Numbered from the stretch's first letter, positions 40,243-54,227 are shown. The stretch is DNA of 64,000 nucleotides from Callorhinchus milii (GCF_018977255.1 NW_024704743.1:9116001-9180000), one strand, 5' to 3'. Made by a program: numbers and translations. Notes: a model not told the origin generated them from the sequence alone.

Positions 40243-40545
40243 AGAACAACAACAACTTGCACTTATATAGCGCCCTCCACGCAGGATAATGTCTCAGAGT
40301 GTTTAATAGTGGCAAAGCTTGACTCCAAGCCGTGGGGTGGAGGTGACTGTAAACACGGTCAAAAAGGAAAGTTTTCAGGCTGGACTTGAAAAAAGGAGAG
40401 AGAGGGGGCAAGGCGCAGGGATTGAGGGAGCAAGGCAGAGGGATTGAGGGGCAGTGTTCCAGAGTTTCAGGGCGTAGTGGCTGAAAGCTCAACCTCCAAT
40501 AATGGAGTGGAGGGTGCGAGGGACAAGCAGAAAACTGAAATAGCA
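40243..40545 (-). mobile_element. L2 LINE 3' fragment
   Basis: FKSSLKTFLFDR and (GTT)n tail. Confidence 0.8.
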
Positions 40546-40852
40546 GACCTTTTCATGGACCACATACATTCTGGAACTAGCAGAAGAAATTGGGCTTCCC
40601 CTCATGTAGCTGAACTGCCGGGAGCAGTGGAAATGCAGCATAAGTTGTCTTATGTATATTTTGCTGGTGAGAATGTCAACTCACAAGTTCCAAGTAAATT
40701 GTAGAGGACACCCTCATCAGTGAAATACAAAAACCAATTAACACTGACTCATTATTTGTTCAATGTGTAAAATCATTCAATAACCACTTGTTAAAGAAAA
40801 CTTGTGCAAATGCCGAAGACTGTTCTTTGTCATGGTAGATCTGCAGTGAAGC

Positions 40853-41655
40853 AAGAAATGCAAAGTAATGCATTTTGGGAGGAAGAATGAGAAAAGGCAA
40901 TATAAGTTAGATGGTACAATCTTAAAGGTGGTGAAGGAACAGAGACGTTCATATAAGTAAATCTTTGAAGGTGGCAGGACAGGTAGATAAAACTGTTTAA
41001 AAAAAGCATACAGGATATTCAGCTTTATAAAGGAGCATAGAATAGAAAAGTCAGGAAGTTATGATAAACCCTTATAAAACACTGGCTAGGTCTCAGCTAG
41101 AGACTGTGTTGAGTTCTGGGCACCAAACGTAAGAAAGGATGTCAAGGCATTGGAGAGGGTGCAAAGGAGATTTACCAGGATAGTACCAGGAATGAGGGAC
41201 TTCTGTTAAGTGCTCTTTTAAGCGCTCTGGGAGGCTAGAGAAGCTAAGATTATTCTCCTTGGAGCAGAGAAGGTTAAGAGGAGACTTAATAGAAGTTTTC
41301 AAAATTATGAGGGGATTTGATAGGGTGATCAAGCAGAAACTATTTCCACTGACGGATGGGTCAGTAACCCAAGGGCACCAATTTAAAATAGTTGTTAAAA
41401 GAAACAGAGAGTAGGTGAGGAGAAATTTTTTCACACAGCGGTTCTGGAATGCATTGCCTGAAAGGGTGGTGGACGCCGATTTGATAACACCTTTTAAGAG
41501 AGAAGTAGATAATTTTTGGGGAGGACAAGTTTGCAGGGCTATGGGGAGAGAGCGGGGGAGTGGGATGATTTGGATAGCTCTTTTCAAAGAGCCAGCACAG
41601 ACACAATGGGCTGAATGGCCTCCATTTGTACTGTACAACTCTATGGTTCTATGAT
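40853..41655 (+). mobile_element. CR1 LINE 3' part including tail
   Basis: Motifs [38 protein letters not shown] and RRNFFTQR.WNALPERVV; tail tgggctgaatggcctcc...tctatggttctatga. Confidence 0.92.
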
Positions 41656-41889
41656 GTTGTATAGTGATATTTGAAGCACTGACATATCAGGCTTTACTTA
41701 TAGCTTAAGCACTCATTCATTTTACTAAGATTTTCAGCGCTCTTTTAAGCGCTCTGAGACGCCACCCGGCATGGAGGGCGATATGAATGTAAGTTGTTGC
41801 TGTTGTTAAGATTGGGACAAATTATTTGGAACAAAATACTTCTTGTTTTAAAAAATGTACTGAAGCAATTATGCCATATGCCAATGTGT

Positions 41890-42388
41890 GTTTGCCTGCC
41901 TCAGTTGGTGGCACTCTCGCTGCTGAGTCAGAAAGTTGTGGGTTCAAGCCCCGCAATAACTTACATTTATATAGCACTCTTCACGCAGGGTAATGTCCCA
42001 GAGCGCTTGAGTTCCAATAATACTTGGAACTTGTATGATCTAAACTGACGCTCCAATGCAATGCTGGGGTTGCGTTGCGTTGTTGGAGGCGCACAAATGA
42101 GATGTTAAACGGAGGTCCCAACTACCTGTCCAGGTGGACGTTAAAGATCCCATGGCACTATTCGAAAAGAGTAGGGAGTTTCTCCTGGTGTCCCAGCTAA
42201 CAATCTCCCAAATAAAACAGGTTACTCACTCCATGGCTGCTTGTGGGATATTGCTGCATGCGAATTGGCTGCTGCGTTTGCCCACAAAAAACACAAAGCC
42301 ACATCACTTTACAGTGCATCCTGCAAATTGCTTTGAGATGTCTTAACGATGTGATAAGGCACTATATAATAGAAGGGTTATTATTATG
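41890..42388 (+). mobile_element. Deu-SINE, full length, with an inserted minus-strand L2 tail (~41955-42012)
   Basis: Clear Deu domain tgagatgttaaacggaggtccc...caggtggacgttaaagatcccatggcactattcgaaaagagtagggagtttctcctggtgtcc (AmnSINE1/SacSINE1-like, from memory). Confidence 0.82.
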
Positions 42389-43854
42389 ATTGTGTCTGAG
42401 ATTTGGTTAACACTTCATTAATTGGCTATTCACCTCATGGCTGTTTGCAGGACCTTACTGTATGCAAATAGCTGCCGCATCTGCACATTAAATCAAGAGT
42501 TTTCTCACACCCGAAGGCTGGCAGGTCCAAAATACTGGCCTCCTTCCAATGAATGTATTCTGTACTTTAAAGTACTGTAATCACTGTTATAATGTACAAT
42601 GAATCAAACAGCAGCATTAAACTGGGCGCATGCAGTGAACACGGGGAATAATAGAATTATTATCTGTGGCTGAATAGCTCTGATGATAATGGGGGAGTGA
42701 TTGGGCTCAGTGCAGCTTAAATTATCAAGGGTCACCGAGGACACATTTCTATTAGCCTCCTTTCCTATGCTAAAACATTGCAACAGAGTAAGGCAGATCT
42801 GGTTACAAGACCATGTCCACGATACGGGGTTTACAAACAGATGACCATTTAACATGTGTGTGAGGTAATATGGTGACCTTGGGAGATTTGTGCTTGGTAA
42901 AACATTAAGAATTTTGGAACAGTAAGTATTCTGAATGTTACAGCAAAAGAAACAGGCCATTCAAGTCTGCGCTGGTGTTTTTCTCAATGTGAGACACATA
43001 GACTGATCCCACTCTCCCACTTGCTGCTCATACACTTTAATCGTGCTCTTTCTCATCATCTAAATCCCTATTAAAATGATTTGTAAACTCTGACTCCTCA
43101 GTGGCAGAGAATGTCACATACCAACCATCCCCTGTCCATCAAGAAAGTACAAGGAAAGCAATTTTCTGATGCAGTTATTAAGTTCACATAGTGCAAATGC
43201 ATCTTTGTTTAGTCATGCCATTCATGGGACTAGCAATTTAAAAAGTCTTGGTCATATTTTCCAAATAGGGGACTAACCTCCTCCAGCAATGTAAAATCAT
43301 ACACAGATGTTCCTCAATAAAGTAATCACCTCAGACATATTTAAAGCTACCTGGCACTACTAGCTCCCACTAAGCAGCTCAACTCAATCCAACATAATCC
43401 ACCACTGAACTTCAAAACACTATGCATCTTCTTCACACTGTACCAATAATGGTATGAGGATTAGTCATTCTCTTCATGGCTGTCTGTAGGACATTGCTGT
43501 GCTCAAATAGGCTGCTTCATTTACCTACAAAATTCAGTCATTATTCTTTGCAGTAAAATCCTGTGAAGTGCTTTGAGATTTCCTCCTGACATAAAAAGCA
43601 TTATATCAAATACAACAAATGATTTTATTGTAGATATCAACTGACTTGGATCAACATCCTTCTAAAGCTTAGCTCTTCGTAAAGGCCAAGGTTGACCAGG
43701 CTTTGGATACTGCTCAGGAATCTGGAGAGATCTTTTCGCATTTTCCCTCTAATACTCCAGGACAGAATGCAAGAGTCTTGAAGTCTGATAAGCTATCCTT
43801 CTACATTTACATCTCCCATCTCATATGTTCTGGTGTTTTTCCATCTTCTCAATA

Positions 43855-44470
43855 CAACAACAACAACTTGGATTTATATAGCACCTTCCACTCCGGTTGG
43901 CGTCTCAGAGCGCTTCACAATAACGGATCCCAGGGCCGAGCCAGGGGGAAGGGGAAGAAGGTGACCAAAGGCGCGGTCGAAAAGAAAAGTCTTTAGCTGA
44001 GATCTGAAAGTAGGAAGAGAGGGGGCGAGGCGAAGAGAGTGAGGAAGGGAGTTCCAGAGCCGCGGGGCATAGTGGCTGAAGGCACGGCCGCCGATGGTGG
44101 AGCGGAGGATTCGGGGGATAAGAAGGAGGCCAGACCCGGTGGAGCAAAGGCAACGGGCACTGTTGTGAGGAGAGAGATCAGAGAGGTAGGGGGATGCAGA
44201 GGATTGGAGGGATTTGAAAACAAGAGTGAGGATCTTGAAATCGATCCTCTATGGGACAGGCAGCCAATGCAGTCTGGCAAGGACTGGGGTAATCGGGGAG
44301 CGGAGTTTGGTGCGGGTAAGAATGCAGGAGAATTCTGGATGACCTGGATTTTATGAATGGCAATGGAGAGGAGACCGGCGAGGAGGGCATTTGAATAGTC
44401 CAGCCGAGAGGTGACAAAGGCATGGACCAGGGTTTCGGCAGGTTTGGGATGAGATATTGGCGGATATTAT
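43855..44470 (-). mobile_element. L2 LINE 3' fragment
   Basis: LVTSRLDYSNALLAGL, LHWLPVP.RIDFKILTLVFK; (GTT)n tail. Confidence 0.9.
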
Positions 44471-46729
44471 TATAATACTACTGTGGTAATGGAGCATTGG
44501 GAATAGAGGGGATGGGAAACAGTAAGTAGGTGGAGATTCATGTGAAGTATGAACAGCGGCATGGACTGGTTGGCCGAAAGGCCAGTTTCCATGCATTCTC
44601 TGTAAATTATGTAACTGTTCCTCTAAGCTTTCCTCATAAATCATAAATAAACAGCCTAACACATTCTTCCTCTTCCCTGCATCCTCATTGTGTTGAAATC
44701 AAAATATATCACATTGCTTTGTATTCAACGGATTGTTTCCCAATACTTCAAGTTTGAGGAGTTTTTACCTTTCTTCTAATTGACAGGTTTTTACAACCCA
44801 AATCTGGTGTCTGGGTGAGTGTGTAGATCATCAATATCAAGTACTTGTCCTTTTATTTTTCCAGGCATCAATTGAAAGGGATGTGGAGCAGCCATCATAA
44901 ACTCTTCCACTCCTCACTCAGACTGCAGAGAATGGAAAGACTAAATTCCCGTGTAAGCAGCACGAGAGGTTTCATTCCATGACTTAAAAATACTTAAAGT
45001 ACTGAACAGCGAGGACTCAGCAATTTTGAGTATTGTCCATTCACTGGACTTGTATTCAGTATCCGTGAAATTATATACGAAAGACTTCAGGCGGTTTGGC
45101 ACGATGCCAGCACATTTTCATAAGCTGAGTTTTTAAAGATGACATTTCTTAGCTCTCATTATCCCAAGTATCTCATATCTCTGCCCCTGTCTTTCACTCT
45201 CAGCTGATTATTTATTAAGCATCTTGAAATTTCCCCCCACTTCATACATCTTATAAAAGAATGTAGATGGATCATTTGTCAGATCAGGTTTGAGAGGGAG
45301 GCCAGAATCTATAAAATAATGTTTCAGTGGGACTTTTGTATTGAATCACTTGTTTATTGTTTCAACATTGTACTATATAACCAGTGCCTAACAAAGGTAA
45401 GTTATAATAATGCAAGATCCTTATAATAATAATAATCCTTGCATTTGCTATAGCGCTTTTTACGTCTTCTCAACGCCTCAAAGCACTCCACAGAATATGC
45501 TGTAAAGTGAATTGACCGTATATTTGTGGGCGAATATACCTCTGCAAGCACTGATTTTGTTCTTTGCTTCAGCACTGTGCTGTATAAGTAGTGCTCAGTA
45601 AAGTCAAGTTATAACAATGCAAGATCCTAATAATCTCCGCAAGCACCGATCAATGACTCCTGATACATGCCGACAATGGACAGTTTCTACAGTTGTGTTT
45701 CAGTCAAATCACCTGAATGAAGACTACTGCTGCTTTACTCATGAACGTTATGCCGTTAACTAAAGGATGTACTCTGATGACAGCAAAAGCGCAGATGGTT
45801 GTCACCTCACAGTGGGGGAAAGAAAGCACATGAGGGACAGCAACTTTTACAATCACTTTCAATTATCTTTGTCCTTTCTAATGGAATAATTCCAATGTTC
45901 TTAGGCATGGCAGGCCGAACACTGGGAAGCATCTGCAGAAATCATCCGTCGAGGCGGATAACAGGTTTTGACCCAACTGATCAGCAGAGCACGGCTCAAC
46001 TGTTTGTGAAGTATAGGTATTCAATTAATCTCATTTAATCATATAGCATTAGTTCCATGTGAAGGTTCCATCTGCATCTTCGGATTCAGACATTGCGACT
46101 AATGGGGGGACACTGCACATTGGAAAGTAGATTCCACAGGTTGCTCAGAATTCAAGTGCAGGGCGAAGCGAATTCAAAAAGTAACCTCAATGAAGGAGAT
46201 AAAATATTAAACTGTGTAGATTTGATAAATTGAGACTGTGACTTCAAAGTGAGCCAAGGAAGTTGGACCGGGGCTATAAATGGAAATAATTCAAAAGTAC
46301 ATTTTACACAGAATAATATAAAATCAGTCAGAAACAGGACTTTCAGCCCAACTAGTCCATGCCAGTGTTTAGTCTCCACACAAGTCCCCTGCCCACCTAT
46401 TTCACTTTCCTAAACTGCCCAATTCCTTGCTCCCTCATGTAAGGAACAACTTTCTTCTTAAAGACGTTGATAATAATAATTATCCTTGCATTTGTTATAG
46501 CTTGTTATTATGTCATTGAGATGTCTTAAGTGCTTCACAAAATATATTATAAAGTGAATTGACTATATTTTGTGGGCAAAACACTTTTTTGCTTCAACCA
46601 CAGTGTGTTATATATTTCAAATAATTTAACAAACAAGTTAACAAAGCCCAAACTGTTGGGGAATTCTAGACCATTTCACCGTCCCCCAAATTAACCACCT
46701 ATTTCACTGCACGTTTTTTTTATCCCTCA

Positions 46730-47324
46730 GGCTGCCGAAATCCTTACCTACGCATTCGTCACATCAAGGCTCGATTATGGACATTCCCTCCTCATCGGCC
46801 TTCCTAACTCTTCCCCTCACAAGCTGCAAAACTCTGCAGCTCTTGTACTCTCCGTGAGCCCATCACTTCCACCCTTGCCCAACTCCACTGTCTCTCCATC
46901 CCTCAGAGGATCAAATTCAAGATCCTCGTGCTCACTTTCAAGGCCATCCATGGCCTGGCCCCCTCCTATCTCTCTGACCTGCTGACTCCCTACCAACCTG
47001 CCCGCTCCCTCCGTTCAGCAGGCTCCGGCCTGCTCCATGTCTCCCGCCCGACCCGCTCTACCATCGGTGGCCGGGCTTTCAGCCTCTCTGCCCCCACACT
47101 CAGAAACTCCATCCCACAGTCCCTTTGCCTCACTTCCTCCCTTGCCTCCTTCCAGGCCAGTCTCAAGACTCTCCTCTTCGATCGTGCCTTTGGTCGCCCT
47201 CCCACCTCTCTGCCTTCCCTCACCCCTACCTCACCCCTCCCCCATGCTCGGGTCCCGATCCCTGACTGTACAGCGCCTTGGGATGTCCTCCCGACGTGAA
47301 AGTAAATGTAATATTGTTGTTGTT
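46730..47324 (+). mobile_element. L2 LINE 3' fragment
   Basis: LTFKAIHGLAPSYLSDLLTPYQPARSLRS...GGRAFSLSAP...FQASLKTLLF; (TTG)n tail. Confidence 0.92.
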
Positions 47325-48314
47325 AAGAGGAGGAGGGAAAGAGGAGAGGTACAATGTGCAATGGTTATTTGCGTACAGTTTATTCCTGTAGAGAAAAATG
47401 GGCCTTCAACCACAGAGAACTGACCTTCACCCACCCAATAACGGTTCTGCATTGCATTCCTCAATGATCTATCTGCCTATTTAAATAACCAGTGATACAG
47501 TTAATCCAAGACAATGGATTGAATGGCATTTTGGCAGCAGGATTTAGCTGCAGGATTTAGCAACCAAGATTGCACAACTCTAAAAATATAATTCTTTAGA
47601 AGGAGATTACAGATTCTGTTTTCTCCACGTTAATTTTCGTCAAACGTTAATATAGCCTGGACACACAAAGCTTGCATTGTGCATGGCAGAGGGGCTTCTG
47701 CGCTCGTTGACCCAATGGAGCAGAGAATTAAGTCAATTCTATGGACTTGTAATTAGCAGGTCAATCAATTTAAATAGCATCAACTGTATTTGTACAGCTG
47801 CAGGTCCTCTCAATGACAAACACGAGCACATTTTCATTGCTGCCCGCTTGCCTTTCTTTTCTTAAATTCTTCATATGCAGTCTAAACTTTCCCATTTGAC
47901 TTTAAATTTCTGAAGGTTTTTGTTGTGGATTGGTCTGAACTTGAATCAGGAATACCAAGTAAGAAATCGGCTTTTGTTTCAAGAGGAGAGAACCATCCGT
48001 CTTGTGATATGGTGGCATCCCATCATACGGCAGCTAATGACAAATTCCTTCACTGTACTTTCTATTACCTAAAGGAAAAATCTTTTCTCACTTGAACAAC
48101 TTCAACAGACAGCTTTGCGAGACATAAAATACAGCAAGTGTGATGTTGGAGCTCCTGACATCCTATAATATTTTCTTTGCGGGTTTGTGTAACAGAACGA
48201 AAAATGAGAGAAATGCAAGCACTTCACTCAATGGAAGAGGTTCTAATTTGCGATATTTGCAAACCTGACTTTATTTGTGAATCATGACTTCTGGTTTGCA
48301 TTTAAGCTATATTT

Positions 48315-48631
48315 GGAGTCCTATAACTCAGTGGTTAGAGTACTCACTTTGCAAGCGAGAGACCTGGGTTCGATTCCTGGCAGGGTGAAACCTTGGGCAA
48401 GCTTCCTTACTCCGCATGCCTGATAATAATCCCTCAAGAAAAAAAAGTATAATAAATTGATCATTTTAATCCACGACTCTTTGTGGGACATTGCTGTGCG
48501 CAATTGGCTGCCGCATTTCAGCCACAAATATACAGTCAATTCACTTTACAGTCTATTCTGTGAAGCGTTTTGAGATGTCTAGAAGACGTGAAAAGCGCTA
48601 TATCAAATGCAAGGATTATTATTATTATTAT
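48315..48631 (+). mobile_element. SINE-A, short subfamily, full length
   Basis: tRNA-like head and (ATT)n tail. Confidence 0.88.
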
Positions 48632-49134
48632 AAGATTTACAAAACAGCGAATGCTAAAAACTAGTAAAATCCAGTAGAAAATTTTTCTTCCCAGACTGGT
48701 TATCTTTTTATTTTTATTACATTTAATATAGCGCCTTTCACATCTGGAGGTTGTCTCAAAGCGCTTCACGGAACATACTTAACAGTGTAGTAACTGCATT
48801 TTGTGGGTGAACCCAGCAACCAGTTTGCACATTGTAAAGTTCCACAAACAGCCATGAAGTCAATTTCATGTAGAGGATTTTTTTATCAGGATACAGGGAG
48901 AAACTTCATTCTATTTACTGAACAGTGCCATAGGATGTTTAACATCCTTTAACATCAACATAGGATCTCTAACATGTTGAAGACCTAAAGAGATTGGAGA
49001 TTCCTGATGGGAAATCTGCAAACTAAACAGCTTCCAAAGTTCATAATCTTCACAGTAAGAGATTTGAATTTCTTAACGATCAGAAATTCAGATTGCAATG
49101 TACAATTATTTGTTTTGTCAATAAGTAGTGAGGG

Positions 49135-49220
49135 ATGTGTGTGTGGTGTGTGTATGTGGTGCGTTTGCGTGTGTGGTGTGTGTTTGTGTGGTGTGTGTTT
49201 GTGTGTGTGGTGTGGGTGTA
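49135..49220. repeat. Degenerate (TG)n microsatellite
   Basis: Visible. Confidence 0.85.
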
Positions 49221-50939
49221 GGGGGGAGGAGTGGTGGAACTCGTCACCACTATTTTCATGAAAAGGGCATGAAAAGGGTCCCTATGTCACGAGTCAAGCT
49301 AAAAGCATATACACAATCTTGTGTGTAAGGTCATACTTTTTTTCTGTTAACTGGCCTAAAATGAGTAAATGCCTATACCGCTCTCACTTTTCTCCAAGTG
49401 TCCTAATTACTTCTAAAAAAAAGGACGGAGAAAATGCAATCATTTCTAAAAGGAAACATCTACTGACTTGTGAACACCACTCTCAAATACAGTTTATACC
49501 CACTGACATTTCCACATAGTGATAATTGATAATAAATAAATGCAAATGCACTGCTCTAGGTGTTATTGCCTTCCCTCCCACCCCAGCACTTGAAAACTGT
49601 ATACATTATGATCAAAAAGAATAATATTTCCGAACTAACATTATTAATTAACGTTCGCTGACAGAAAACTCTGTAACTGCCTATACATCAAATATTTGTC
49701 ATTTTGGGTTAAATGGTTTGAATGCAAGCAATGAAAGTGCTTTTTGGGTTTGGCTTGGTGCAGTGAAAGCCCATGCATTGTGTGGTGTGTTAAATGGAAC
49801 ATTTCAACAAAGATAACTGATTAATTAATTAACGTGCAGTAATGGAGCTCTGAAATCATTTGTGGTTAGCTGCTGTAAAACCAGAAAATGATACAAATCC
49901 AGAGCAAGTCGAGAGGATTAGAATAAATAAAAATATCCTTATATTTGGTACAGCTCCTTTCATAGCAGGAGGATGCCCCAAAGGGCGCTCAAGGAGTCCT
50001 AGAATGTACATGAACAAAACACAAGAAATCCTGTAGTTCATTGTGCCTGCACTGGTACAAGCTCCCTCGCTTTAGTCCCTTACAGTATGCTAATCCCAAA
50101 CCCCTGCTCTTTCCCCATTACCCTTCAATATTGTTCGCCTAAAAATACACAGTCACTACATATTACAGTATATCCTGTGAAGTGCTTTGACGTCTTGATG
50201 ACGTGATAAGGCATTATATCGAATGCAAGGATTATTATTATATATTATATTATTTTTCCTCGGTATTTATCAAAAGGGGAAAGATAATTTGGTTTCATGT
50301 GAACCCCCTGTGACTGCAGATGAAGGGTCACACACTACATGTTAATCTTGCACACCAATTGACCCTTTGAACATCTTGTGTTTTTATTTCAGATCTTCAG
50401 CATTCTCAGCATTTCTTTTCATGTCCAGCGGCTACACTGGGCTTGACTCAGCAACTGAAATAACCACAAAGAGAATAAATTGGCATCTGTTACAAAAATG
50501 GTCCAGATTTGTGACCCTTGACCCCTGGTAACAGAGGAAATTGACATGTTGTTTTCATGAAACCATTTCAGTGAATCCTGGAAGGGCTTGGTTTGGTGTC
50601 AGATAACATCAGTTATGAGTTCATTCTTTCATTAAAGGTTCTTGCCTGTTAAAAATAGTAATGCTCCAAAAAACAAGGAACCAAACAAATTCAGGGGGCT
50701 CATTTGTATCATGGAAAATATTTGATTTGCAGAAATAATATCTCATCCTGCTCATTTGCCATCTCTTCTCTAGTTCTCAAACCTTACACTGCTGATTACC
50801 TGTCTGTAACTACATCTAAAGCAACCTATTTCTAGCCTTTCCAAATGTCACTTTGAAGTAACTACTGGGAGATGTCCAAAAGTGACCCAGGACTGAATCA
50901 TCCTCCCAGCCTCTGGTGCTCTTCTCTCTGTTTCTCTCT

Positions 50940-51175
50940 CAAGCAAGGAAGAAATGTTAAACTTTCTGTAAAACTTTGGTTGGACCACATCTGGAGTACT
51001 GTGTGCAGTTCTGGTCACAGTACTACAAGAAGGATATTGTGGCAGTAGAGAGAGTATAGATTTACCCGGATGTTACCAGGGATGAGAGGATACAACCATC
51101 AGAAAAGACTGAACAGGTTAGGGATTTTTTCCCCCGAGAGGTGAGGTGATTGAGAAGGGACCAGATAGAGGGAAT
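50940..51175 (+). mobile_element. CR1 LINE fragment
   Basis: LVGPHLEYCVQFWSQYYKKDI. Confidence 0.8.
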
Positions 51176-52434
51176 GTTTATCATTGGAACATTAACCAAA
51201 CATTGGAATGTTTCATAAAGGATTTTATACCATTCTTTAACTATACAGTATTATGAAAGACTACATTTTTCACGCCATAGTAATTATAGCACGAAAGGAG
51301 ACCGTTCGATTAACAGATCATTTTTCGAGGGATAATAATTCCTTCATAAAAATAATAATAATAAATGATCACTCAATCCCCGACTGTTTGTGGGACACTA
51401 CTGTGCGCAATTGGCTGCCGTGTTTCCCCCACACAATATACAGTCAATTTACTTTACAGTATATTCTGTAAAGCACTTTGAGACATCTTGAAGAGATAAT
51501 AAGTGGCTATATCAAATGTAAGGATTATTATTATTATTCAGCACATGTTGGAGCTGGTTACACTAAGCTTAATTCCCTGCTGTTTCCCCAGACCTTTTTT
51601 ATATTGTTGCTGTGTGCTACCTTCACAGAGCACAGCAATGTCAATGGAGGTAAATCTCACCAGCTGTCAGCATGTGGACAGGATAACATGATGAAGAAGG
51701 CACCATGACGGAAATGGCACACTGCCTGTTTGCCCGCGTGCCCTAGCCTCACACAGTAGGATTTGTAAATACTTTGTGCCCCCTTTAAACACGTTGGTTC
51801 ACGCTTTGCAGAAGAGACACATTTGTTTTAATTCTAAATTGGTCCCAGATCCTGATAAATTGGGATTACTGAGAAATAAACTACTTCTTCCTCATCTGTG
51901 TATTTTTAGAAGAGGAAGGAAGGAAGCGAAGATAAGACGAGGAAACCTACCCGAGTGTCGCCAGTATCAAATGAAGGGATGCTATTGATTTTAGCTGCTG
52001 TACTGTTTGGAGTCTATTTAAGTACAGATCAATAGGGGAAATCTGTTTATAATAATTAAGAGACCAGATTATTATTTCCCTCTAATGCAATGTCATAACA
52101 ACGGGGATAGTTACTTCAAAGACCAGAAACAATCAGCACATCACTAGTCTGCCCCACTGCGAGCCTAATCTGGCAATGTGAAAACTCCCACAGACAGCAA
52201 CCGACTAGCCAGCTGTTCTCGGAAGTGCGGTTTGTGACTGGAGTGAGTGTACGTACAGCAGAGGTGATGGAGCTAGGTGACAGCAGGATTGTAAAGGGGA
52301 ACAGTGAAGTGTATTTTGTTCACTGTACTGGTGGCTACTCAGTCTTCATTTGTGGCAGAATGCCAACAGATTGGAGGTCAGGTATTCACAGATGCCAATA
52401 ATGTGAATGTATCAACAGACAATTTATAGTTGCG

Positions 52435-52672
52435 CATGCACATACACACACACAAACTGTGAAACACACACACACAAACATAAACAGAATGAAACTAAAT
52501 GCTCAGAGACGCAACACCACGTGAAGGGCTCTATACAAGTACAAATTGTTGTTGTTGAAACACATACACACAGTGAAATACACAACAGACACACAAACAG
52601 TGAAACATCCGCGCACACACAGAATGAAACACATATACAGAGTAAAATACATGCACCCAGTGAAACAAACAC
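52435..52672. repeat. CA-rich degenerate minisatellite (recurring gtgaaa-cacacac unit)
   Basis: About 7 tgaaa(c/t)a motifs separated by CA runs. Confidence 0.7.
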
Positions 52673-52679
52673 AAATTCC

Positions 52680-54190
52680 CAAGAGGTTCAGATCAAGAAA
52701 GCCCATTGGCTCATTTGATCTCATCCTTCCAGAATATCATCACAGCATCAAGCTGTTACTCAAATGAGTCCAGTGTCTCGGGCATTCCTCCTGGTAATCT
52801 ATTCCAGTCATTAATCACTCTCTGTGTAAATAATTACTTCCTGGTATCTGTTCTTTGCAATCCTGAACCTGTGCCTTCGTGTTGTGTTGACTTGGCATAT
52901 CTGAGAGGATTGTTCCTTGTTTTACTGATTTTAGTCCCACTTAGAATCTTACGCACCTCGGAGACATCTTTTTTCAAGGTTGGAGCTTGTCTAATGGTTG
53001 CTCATAGCTCATTTCTCTAACACTAGGCATCATCCTCTGCACTTCCTTCAGGGTCTTGTGTCACAACATCACAGTGAACAGACCTGCAGGCACGGCCTGA
53101 CAGGAGCACTGTACAGCTCAAGTATGATGTCTGGGGATCTGAACTCAACTGATTTGGCAATACAGCCCAGCATCCTGTTTGCCTTGTTTATTGTTGCCTC
53201 ACACTGTCTTGATATGTTGAGAGATAAGACAGCTAACACCCATAGAACTGTTTCAGCTTCTCCCTTGGCAAGTTCCATTCCATCCATTGAGTACGCTACT
53301 CCTATTCTTACTTCCTATGTGTAGTATCTTGCATTTATCTTTATTGATCATCATTTGTATTTATCTGTATTATCATCAGCTGGGCCAATAGAAAAGTGTG
53401 GCTCTTTTTCGGTGGAATCCGCTACAAACGCCCTCCTCTACTACAATCGTGCTCCAAACAACCCCACAAACACACAGTGTACTAGGCCCCGCTACACACC
53501 TATACACACAGTGTGCAAAGCCCCGGGCCTGTCGCTTTGTTTGCTCAATGTCGCTACTGTGGGCAGAGCGACTCCGATTGTGGATGCGCGGCGCGGGGAG
53601 TGTTGGGATCACGGAAGTGGCACGAGCGGGACATCGGCTTCACCCGCTAGTGAGTGAACCTCAATAGCAATACCAGATGCGTCACATTACTGCCGTCTAT
53701 TTGCTCGACGCCAGGCCAGAACTGAGCTCCTGCGACGAATTCTTGGTAAGTGCTGTAGTATTCAAATTAACATTTTTAGTATTTTAAACATTTTCAGGAA
53801 ATATATACGTAGAGTTTTAATCCGGGTTGCTTCACTAAATACACTTCTCAATAGTACCAACCAGATCTCCTCAATTCCCTGTAAAATTTGCCAAACGCCC
53901 TGCAATTTTTGGCATCCATTTACCCACTTTTTTATTTGCCCAGGCCATCGGCTCAAGTGCTCTATGTAACAAGCTTTTGCTTCATAAGACCTCTGCTACC
54001 TCATCTGTTACCGGAGTTCCCTCCAACTTGGTGTCATCTACACTGGGTCTGCAAATGCAGGTTATTAATGTATACAAGGAACAGAAGGGGTCCCAGCACA
54101 CATCCCTGAGACACCCATCTAAAATCTCCCCCATTTTGACCTAACTCCCCAAATGATCAGACTCTTGCTTCCTTCCCTTCAGCTAATTTC
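52680..54190 (-). mobile_element. CR1 LINE fragments flanking a non-CR1 insert (~53380-53810)
   Basis: Left part SRQCEATINKANRMLGCIAKSVEFRSPDIILELYSAPVRP; right part GVSQGCVLGPLLFLVYINNL...DDTK. Confidence 0.8.
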
Positions 54191-54227
54191 ATAGAAGATC
54201 ACTTTAACTCTCTTCCCTTCCTCCCTC

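Noticed and set aside
42866..42880. 15-bp match (gtaatatggtgacct) to the 19469 hairpin arm
   Set aside because: No extension on either side; cannot be separated from chance.
52407..52767. Cys/Val- or His/Thr-rich ORFs (also 49007-49328)
   Set aside because: Translations of CA/TG simple repeats.
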